Shown here in pieces: positions 1 to 5,330 of a DNA stretch of 10,799 bases; the stretch's first letter is position 1; each line of letters opens with the position of its first letter. The DNA is from an uncultured bacterium (GTDB lineage: Bacteria; Abyssobacteria; SURF-5). The notes beneath the pieces are model-generated. The model saw only the letters and a list, made by a program, of their open reading frames with translations. It did no database searches and was not told where the DNA came from. The position numbers and the translations under genes were made by a program. The stretch lies in contig CAZEBC010000126.1 in assembly GCA_964510165.1 (NCBI GenBank), positions 1,303 to 12,101 of the forward strand, read 5' to 3'.

Positions 1-570
1 CACTCAAACGACGGCAATATCACAATCCTCATAAACAAATACACCATGCGGCTGGAGCATGAAAAGAAAGAATTGAAAGAAATCGCTGAGTCGGTCCCGG
101 GTGTGAAGGAGGTCGAGGTAAAGATAGGGCCAAAGTACAAGCGGCCAGCCATCTATCCGGGCGTGGAGTTTGAACTCCCCTCGAAGGTCCTGCTCGTCGA
201 CGATGAGCGCGAATTCGTCGAGACTCTCTCCGAGCGGCTTCAGATGCGAGACCTCACGACCGCAGTCGTCTACAACGGAGAAGAGGCGCTCTCCTACATA
301 ACCGAAGAAGAGCCCGAAGTCATGATACTCGACCTCCGCATGCCGGGCATTGACGGGGTCGAGGTCCTGCGCAGGGTCAAGAAGGACCATCCCGACGTCG
401 AAGTCATCATCCTGACCGGTCACGGGACCGAAAAGGACGAGGCGCTCACGCGGGAACTCGGAGCGTTCGCCTACCTGGAGAAACCGGTCGAGATAGACAA
501 ACTGGCCAAGACCGTTCAAGCGGCTTACGAGAAATTGAGGAAGAAAAAGGCGCAACGTGCAAGTGACTGA
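1..570 (+). CDS. Response regulator receiver protein with upstream BON-like domain, 5'-truncated by the window edge
   Basis: Frame +1 is open from base 1 (HSNDGNITILINKYT, then MRLEHE...), so ATG 46 is probably internal. The N-terminal part (DGNITIL...ELKEIAESVPGVKEVEVKI) matches the BON-type G-x-V-x-L...V-x-GV-x-x-V pattern. The C-terminal REC domain has all catalytic motifs: VLLVDDE, VMILDLRMPGIDG (phospho-Asp), ILTGHG, YLEKP. Stop is TGA 568-570. There is no output domain after REC. Confidence 0.9.
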   Translation, partial: HSNDGNITILINKYTMRLEHEKKELKEIAESVPGVKEVEVKIGPKYKRPAIYPGVEFELPSKVLLVDDEREFVETLSERLQMRDLTTAVVYNGEEALSYITEEEPEVMILDLRMPGIDGVEVLRRVKKDHPDVEVIILTGHGTEKDEALTRELGAFAYLEKPVEIDKLAKTVQAAYEKLRKKKAQRASD

Positions 571-2335
571 AAAGACAGCGCGGCCGCGCGCGGGCCCTCT
601 GTCGGCCGTTACAGGTCTTCTCCGAAAGCTCACCTTCGCCGACATTGGCGAAGAGGCCGGAGAAAGAAGAAAAAAGTCCCGCTACAAGAGACTGTGGCGA
701 TTGGCGGTTTTCCTGACTGCAAGCGTATCCATCACTCCCCTCATCCTGATCACGATTTACGACTACCACCAGTACCAAGAGGCCTTCATGAACGAGATGA
801 TAGGCCCCATCCTACGGCTCACCTCCACGACCAAGCGCTCGATGGAGCTGTATCTAGAAGAACGGTGGTCGGCGCTGGATTACATCATTCACGACAAGTC
901 CTTCGAGGAACTCGCCGACCAGGAGAAGCTGACCGTCATCTTCAAGAACATGAGAAGGTCGTTCGGCGGGTTCGTCGACGTCGGCCTCATCGATTCGAGC
1001 GGAATACAGAGGGCATACGTCGGCCCGTATGAACTGCGCGGCAAGAATTACAGGGATCAGGACTGGTTTCACGAAGTATCCCTGCGCGGCGTGTACGTGA
1101 GCGATGTCTTCATGGGATACAGGAAATTTCCGCATTTCGTCATCGCGGTCAAGTATGAGCGCGACAACGGCGATTTTCACGTGCTCCGCGCCACGTTCGA
1201 CACAAAAGTGCTCGACCGCCAGATCCTGTCCCTCGGGCTTGGGCCCTCGAGCGATGCGTTCATCATCAACCACAAGGGGATCCTTCAAACGCCCTCCCGG
1301 TTCTACGGAGACGTCCTGCAGCCCGCGCCGATCCCGATCCCTCACTTCTCTGGTTCGCCCGAGGTGCTGGAGATACGCGACTCTAACGGCACACCCTACA
1401 TCCTTGGATACGCCTACGTGGAACTCTCTCCGTTTATCTTCGTCGTTCTCAAGGAACCCGGCGCCCTCACCGAAAACTGGCTTGCGCTCCGGAGCAAGAT
1501 GGTCGGATTCCTGTCGGCGAGCATCATCACGATCCTCGTCCTGATCATGACAACGTCCTCATACCTTATCTCACGGATACGCGACGCCGACCTCAGGCAG
1601 GCAAAGGCGCTTCACCACGTGGAATACAGCAACAAGATGGCCTCAATAGGACGACTGGCAGCGGGCGTCGCGCACGAGGTCAACAACCCGCTCGCCATAA
1701 TTAACGAAAAGGCGGGATTGGCCAAGGACCTCATCGCGCTCTCGGACGGTTTCCCCCAGAAACAGAAGTTCCTGGGTCTCGTGGATTCAATTCTCGCGTC
1801 GGTGGAGAGGTGCAGCACGATCACCCATCGGCTGCTGGGATTCGCCAAGCGAATGGACCTGCAAATCGAGAAGATCGACCTGGAACTCCTGATAAGGGAG
1901 GTCCTAAGCTTCGTGGAGAAGGAAGCCAGTTACCGCAACATCTCGATAAACGTGGCCGTGGCCGATAAGCTCCCCTCTATCGAGAGCGACCGGGGACAAC
2001 TCCAACAAGTATTCCTCAACATAATCAATAACGCCATCGAGGAACTGGAGGGAGGCGGAAGCATTGACATATCGCTGAACACTGCTTCCGACAATATGGT
2101 GGCCGTGACCATCTCGGACAATGGAAGGGGCATCTCGCCGGAAGTTATGCAGCACATATTCGAGCCGTTTTTCACGACAAAAAAGGAGTACGGCACGGGG
2201 CTGGGACTGTCGATCACGTACGGCATCGTGGACAAGCTCGGGGGCCACATCGGTGTCGAGAGCCGCGTGGGACAGGGTACCAGCTTCACCGTCACACTCC
2301 CCCTGAAGACAATCCCCGGCGCAGGAGCGGCGTAA
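557..2335 (+). CDS. Membrane-bound sensor histidine kinase (two TM helices, extracytoplasmic Cache-like domain, HisKA, HATPase_c)
   Basis: 592 aa. Start is GTG 557 after AAAAGG (alternative GTG 563), overlapping the upstream gene end. TM segments are LAVFLTASVSITPLILITIY and MVGFLSASIITILVLIMTTSSYLI. The region between them is Cache-like (YRDQDWF, YVSDVFMGY, DAFIINHKGILQT). H-box is AHEVNNPL (His373, codon 1673-1675), N-box QQVFLNIINNA, G1 DNGRGI, F-box FEPFFTTK, G2 GTGLGL. Confidence 0.95.
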   Translation: MQVTEKTARPRAGPLSAVTGLLRKLTFADIGEEAGERRKKSRYKRLWRLAVFLTASVSITPLILITIYDYHQYQEAFMNEMIGPILRLTSTTKRSMELYLEERWSALDYIIHDKSFEELADQEKLTVIFKNMRRSFGGFVDVGLIDSSGIQRAYVGPYELRGKNYRDQDWFHEVSLRGVYVSDVFMGYRKFPHFVIAVKYERDNGDFHVLRATFDTKVLDRQILSLGLGPSSDAFIINHKGILQTPSRFYGDVLQPAPIPIPHFSGSPEVLEIRDSNGTPYILGYAYVELSPFIFVVLKEPGALTENWLALRSKMVGFLSASIITILVLIMTTSSYLISRIRDADLRQAKALHHVEYSNKMASIGRLAAGVAHEVNNPLAIINEKAGLAKDLIALSDGFPQKQKFLGLVDSILASVERCSTITHRLLGFAKRMDLQIEKIDLELLIREVLSFVEKEASYRNISINVAVADKLPSIESDRGQLQQVFLNIINNAIEELEGGGSIDISLNTASDNMVAVTISDNGRGISPEVMQHIFEPFFTTKKEYGTGLGLSITYGIVDKLGGHIGVESRVGQGTSFTVTLPLKTIPGAGAA

Positions 2336-2703
2336 TGGACCAATTGCGGGTGCTGGTGGTGGACGACGAAGTGGAACTGGTACAGACGCTCATCGAGCGC
2401 CTTCAGCTCAGAGGCATAGACGCGGAAGGCGCCACCACCGGAAGCGAGGCGATGGAGCGTCTGGAAGGCAGAGAGTTTGACGTCGTGGTCCTCGATGTGA
2501 AGATGCCCGGCATTGACGGGTTGGACCTGCTTCGAAAAATAAAGAAGCTGAGGCCGACCCTGAACGTCATATTGCTGACGGGGCGCGGCTCGGACAGAGA
2601 GAGCCAGATCGGGCTTGGAGAAGGCGCTTTCGATTATCTCGTGAAGCCCATCAATATCGAGGATTTGATCAAGAGAATGAAGGACGCTGCGCGCACCGCG
2701 TGA
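2335..2703 (+). CDS. Single-domain response regulator (REC only)
   Basis: 122 aa. TAATG stop/start overlap with the kinase at 2333-2337. Motifs are VLVVDDE, VVVLDVKMPGIDG, LLTGRG and YLVKP. Confidence 0.95.
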   Translation: MDQLRVLVVDDEVELVQTLIERLQLRGIDAEGATTGSEAMERLEGREFDVVVLDVKMPGIDGLDLLRKIKKLRPTLNVILLTGRGSDRESQIGLGEGAFDYLVKPINIEDLIKRMKDAARTA

Positions 2704-2740
2704 CGTCATCGCGCAAACAGAGAAAGGCCGAGAGGCGGTA

Positions 2741-3421
2741 ATGAACGAACAGGAAAGCCGACTCATGAGAGAAGCGGGGCTTCGCTTCTTTGGGCGGATC
2801 ACCGCCAGCCTCTCCCATGAGATAAACAACGTGGTCGCAATCGTCGGCGAGCTTTCCGGTTTGCTCGACGACCTCTTGCTGGCTTCGGATCGGGGAAAGC
2901 CCATCAACCCCGAGAAGCTCAAGAATATCTCGGAGAAGATAGGCAAGCAAGTGAAAAAGGGAGAATCGGTTATCAAGCGCCTCAACCGCTTCGCGCACAG
3001 CATAGACGAGCCGGTGAAACAGTTCGACCTGAAAGAACTCATGCAAGAAATCGATTCAATCGCGCAACGGTTTGCTGTCCTGAAAGGAGTCCGCCTTGAA
3101 ACCGAATTCTGGGAGGACTCCCTCGTGGTGAGCAGCAATCCGTTTCGCCTGCAGCACGCGGTCTTCACCTGCATCGAACTCGCTCTCGGCGCTTCGGCCA
3201 AAGAAGAGACCGTCGGCCTCACGTACCACAAGGACGGCTCGGGGGCCAAGATCATGACAACGAGCCGCCCTTTCGCAAACTCCGAAGCTGTCACGACGAA
3301 ACTATCGTTCCTTTCGGTCCTGATGAAAGAGCTGGGGGGCGCGGTAGAGAGCCGCGCGAACGACGAACGCCACACCCTCATCCTCTCCATCCCCAAGTCC
3401 ATCGAGACGCTCGGCCCATAA
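2741..3421 (+). CDS. Sensor-less histidine kinase-like protein: DHp with intact His, degenerate ATPase domain (putative phosphotransferase/phosphatase)
   Basis: 226 aa, with GAGAGG upstream of the ATG. H-box is ASLSHEINNVVAI (His26, codon 2816-2818), followed by the typical RLNRFAH...FDLKELMQEI linker. The N-box equivalent RLQHAVFTCIELAL lacks Asn, and no DxGxG, F or GxGxG boxes are present. The late MKELGGAVES segment is retained. There is no TM or sensor domain. Confidence 0.85.
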   Translation: MNEQESRLMREAGLRFFGRITASLSHEINNVVAIVGELSGLLDDLLLASDRGKPINPEKLKNISEKIGKQVKKGESVIKRLNRFAHSIDEPVKQFDLKELMQEIDSIAQRFAVLKGVRLETEFWEDSLVVSSNPFRLQHAVFTCIELALGASAKEETVGLTYHKDGSGAKIMTTSRPFANSEAVTTKLSFLSVLMKELGGAVESRANDERHTLILSIPKSIETLGP

Positions 3422-3426
3422 GGAGG
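3421..3426 (+). promoter_or_regulatory. Shine-Dalgarno site AGGAGG for the CDS at 3432
   Basis: TAAGGAGG overlaps the stop codon of the previous gene and ends 5 nt before ATG 3432. Confidence 0.8.
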
Positions 3427-3431
3427 TTCAA

Positions 3432-3863
3432 ATGCCCGCTGACAGGATATTGCTTGTGGATGACGAGAAGGATTTCATCGAAACGCTTTCCGAAAGGATG
3501 GAGGTGCGCGGCATGGCGGTCGTAACTGCCGACAACGGATACGACGCAATTGAAAAGACGAAGAAGGAATCTTTCGACGCCGTCATCCTTGACCTGCAGA
3601 TGCCGGGTCTGAACGGCATCGAAACCTTGAGGCGGCTCCTGGAGATCGACCCCAATCTCCAGGTCATCATGCTTACCGGCCATGCCACCCTCCAAAAGGG
3701 AGTGGAGGCCGTTAAGCTCGGCGCTGCCGATTTCCTCGAGAAACCGGCCGAACTGAGTGTGCTTATCGACAGGATAAAGGAAGCAAAGGTGAAAAGAATG
3801 GTCCTTGTGGAGAAGGAGAACGAGGAAAAGATCAGGGCAATCCTGAAAAGCAAAGGTTGGTAA
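3432..3863 (+). CDS. Response regulator, REC domain with short charged C-terminal tail
   Basis: 143 aa. Motifs are ILLVDDE, AVILDLQMPGLNG, MLTGHA and FLEKP. The ~25-aa tail (KRMVLVEKENEEKIRAILKSKGW) has no HTH. It has a strong SD. Confidence 0.95.
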   Translation: MPADRILLVDDEKDFIETLSERMEVRGMAVVTADNGYDAIEKTKKESFDAVILDLQMPGLNGIETLRRLLEIDPNLQVIMLTGHATLQKGVEAVKLGAADFLEKPAELSVLIDRIKEAKVKRMVLVEKENEEKIRAILKSKGW

Positions 3864-3870
3864 CCACAAC

Positions 3871-3889
3871 AAGGAGAAAAAAGGAGAAA
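3871..3889 (+). promoter_or_regulatory. Tandem duplicated Shine-Dalgarno-like sequence (AAGGAGAAA x2) before the CDS at 3891
   Basis: The sequence aaggagaaaa aaggagaaat lies directly before ATG 3891, with another in-frame ATG at 3897. Confidence 0.65.
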
Positions 3890-3890
3890 T

Positions 3891-4268
3891 ATGAAGATGA
3901 GGAAAGAGAAGTCCCCCCATTTAATCGCACCCCGCGCAGAGAAAGTCCCTAAGAATACGAGCGGCCCTCACGGCACAATGAAAATTCTCTATGCGTCCTC
4001 TCTGGCGCTGGTTTTCCAGGTGATCCCGAAGCTCGCGTTTGCAAGCGAAGGACTCGACGTCCCCGAGGCTCTGGAGCATAAGGTGGATTTGCAGGGGCTT
4101 GGTGGAGTTAACCTGTTCTTTGCAACCGCCTACAACGAAAACCTGTGGCTGTACGCTTTGTATTGCACCATCCTCATGGCGGTAGTCGGTATCTCCATCG
4201 GGTTCTTCACCGACCTGATCTTGAAGGCATTCGGAATGGAAGTGGAAAAAATTGAGCACCAGGAATGA
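3891..4268 (+). CDS. Small membrane protein coupled to the TSUP permease (resembles DVU0150-type proteins)
   Basis: 125 aa with a strong SD. It has a signal-peptide-like segment MKILYASSLALVFQVIPKLAFA|SE (Met at 3978) and a hydrophobic helix LWLYALYCTILMAVVGISIGFFTDLIL preceded by AYNE. It overlaps the next gene by ATGA. The family resemblance is from recall of the YNE...G...D...G pattern and the gene context, not from a search. Confidence 0.75.
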   Translation: MKMRKEKSPHLIAPRAEKVPKNTSGPHGTMKILYASSLALVFQVIPKLAFASEGLDVPEALEHKVDLQGLGGVNLFFATAYNENLWLYALYCTILMAVVGISIGFFTDLILKAFGMEVEKIEHQE

Positions 4269-5317
4269 CAGAGCGGAAAGGATTGCTTGAAGATATGGAC
4301 TGGGGAATATTCGAAATCTATCTGCCCATAGCGGGCATTCATTTCAACGTGTTGATACTCCTGGCCATAGGTTTCTCGGTCGGAGTGCTCGGCGGGTTCT
4401 TCGGAGTCGGCGGCGCGTGGGTGGTCACGCCCGCCCTCAACATCTTCGGGTTCAACATGGCCTATGCGATAGGCACGGACCTTGCTCACATATTTGGCAA
4501 GTCCATTGTGGCCACGAAGAAACATGGCAAGATGGGAAATGTGGACGTAAAGCTGGGCTTCGTTTCGATCATAGGGTCGGTTATCGGAGTAGAGATCGGC
4601 GCGCAGAACGTAATGTGGCTGACGTCAAAGGGTTTAGCGGGGCCAGTGGTCCGCTACGCCTACATGTTTCTGCTGTTCGGTTTGGGCATTTACATGTTCT
4701 ATGACTATTTCACCAAAGACAAAAGGCTCGCCAGAAAGCAGGCGCTCGAACTGGAGGCCGGGCTCGTCGCGCCCGCGAAAAAAAAGTGGGATATCCCACC
4801 CATGATTCACTTCCCGGTCTCGGGCATTCGGGTTTCACTCTGGCTCGTGATGGCCGTGTTCTTCTTCACAGGGTGGCTTTCGGGGTTCCTGGGAGTCGGC
4901 GGAGGGTTCATCCGCATGCCGGCCCTCATCTACCTTATCGGCTGCCCCACCGCCATCGCGGTCGGCACTGACCTGTTCAGCGTGGTCTTCACGGGTGGAT
5001 ACGGCTGCTTCACGTATGCGCTCAAGGGACGGGTGGAAATCGTCGCCGCCCTTATCATGCTGATAGGAGCCGCTGTCGGAGCACAAATAGGCGTAACTGC
5101 GGTAAAATATATCAGGGGCTATGGCATCCGGCTCCTGTTCGCGATCATGATTATCATGGCCGGGGGTTCGGTTGCATTGAAGCAGTTCAACATGACAACC
5201 TTGGCAGCATATTGCGTCATGGGTGCCGCCCTGTCGATGTGCCTCGTGATTGTGATTCTGATGATCCGCGGCGCCAAAAAGGAAAAGACGGCCAAGCTGG
5301 AGACTTCGGTCGTATGA
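4265..5317 (+). CDS. Sulfite exporter TauE/SafE (TSUP) family permease
   Basis: 350 aa and highly hydrophobic. It has two internal repeats with the TSUP signature: GGFFGVGGAWVVTP...AIGTDL and SGFLGVGGGFIRMP...AVGTDL. It also has GxxxGxxxG helices (GSVIGVEIGA, GAAVGAQIGV). ATGA overlap at 4265-4268. Confidence 0.92.
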   Translation: MTERKGLLEDMDWGIFEIYLPIAGIHFNVLILLAIGFSVGVLGGFFGVGGAWVVTPALNIFGFNMAYAIGTDLAHIFGKSIVATKKHGKMGNVDVKLGFVSIIGSVIGVEIGAQNVMWLTSKGLAGPVVRYAYMFLLFGLGIYMFYDYFTKDKRLARKQALELEAGLVAPAKKKWDIPPMIHFPVSGIRVSLWLVMAVFFFTGWLSGFLGVGGGFIRMPALIYLIGCPTAIAVGTDLFSVVFTGGYGCFTYALKGRVEIVAALIMLIGAAVGAQIGVTAVKYIRGYGIRLLFAIMIIMAGGSVALKQFNMTTLAAYCVMGAALSMCLVIVILMIRGAKKEKTAKLETSVV

Positions 5318-5330
5318 CCCAATTCGTTCC

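Noticed and set aside
46-48. ATG 46 as the start of the first gene
   Set aside because: The frame is open to base 1, there is no SD before it, and it would cut the BON-like motif.
4-645. 213-aa minus-strand ORF
   Set aside because: It is antisense to the REC gene and has no domain motifs. Such ORFs are expected from codon bias in GC-rich coding DNA.
2697-2713. Palindrome TGACGTCA (2701-2708) with imperfect CGCG flanks as an operator
   Set aside because: It is short, includes the stop codon and has no supporting promoter context, so it is likely chance.
1930-3402. 490-aa minus-strand ORF
   Set aside because: It is an antisense shadow of three well-supported + strand genes, with Ser/Arg-rich composition and no recognisable motifs.
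3971-3986. CGGCAC as a sigma54 -24 element upstream of the TSUP unit
   Set aside because: There is no TTGC/-12 GC at the required spacing, and it lies within a CDS.
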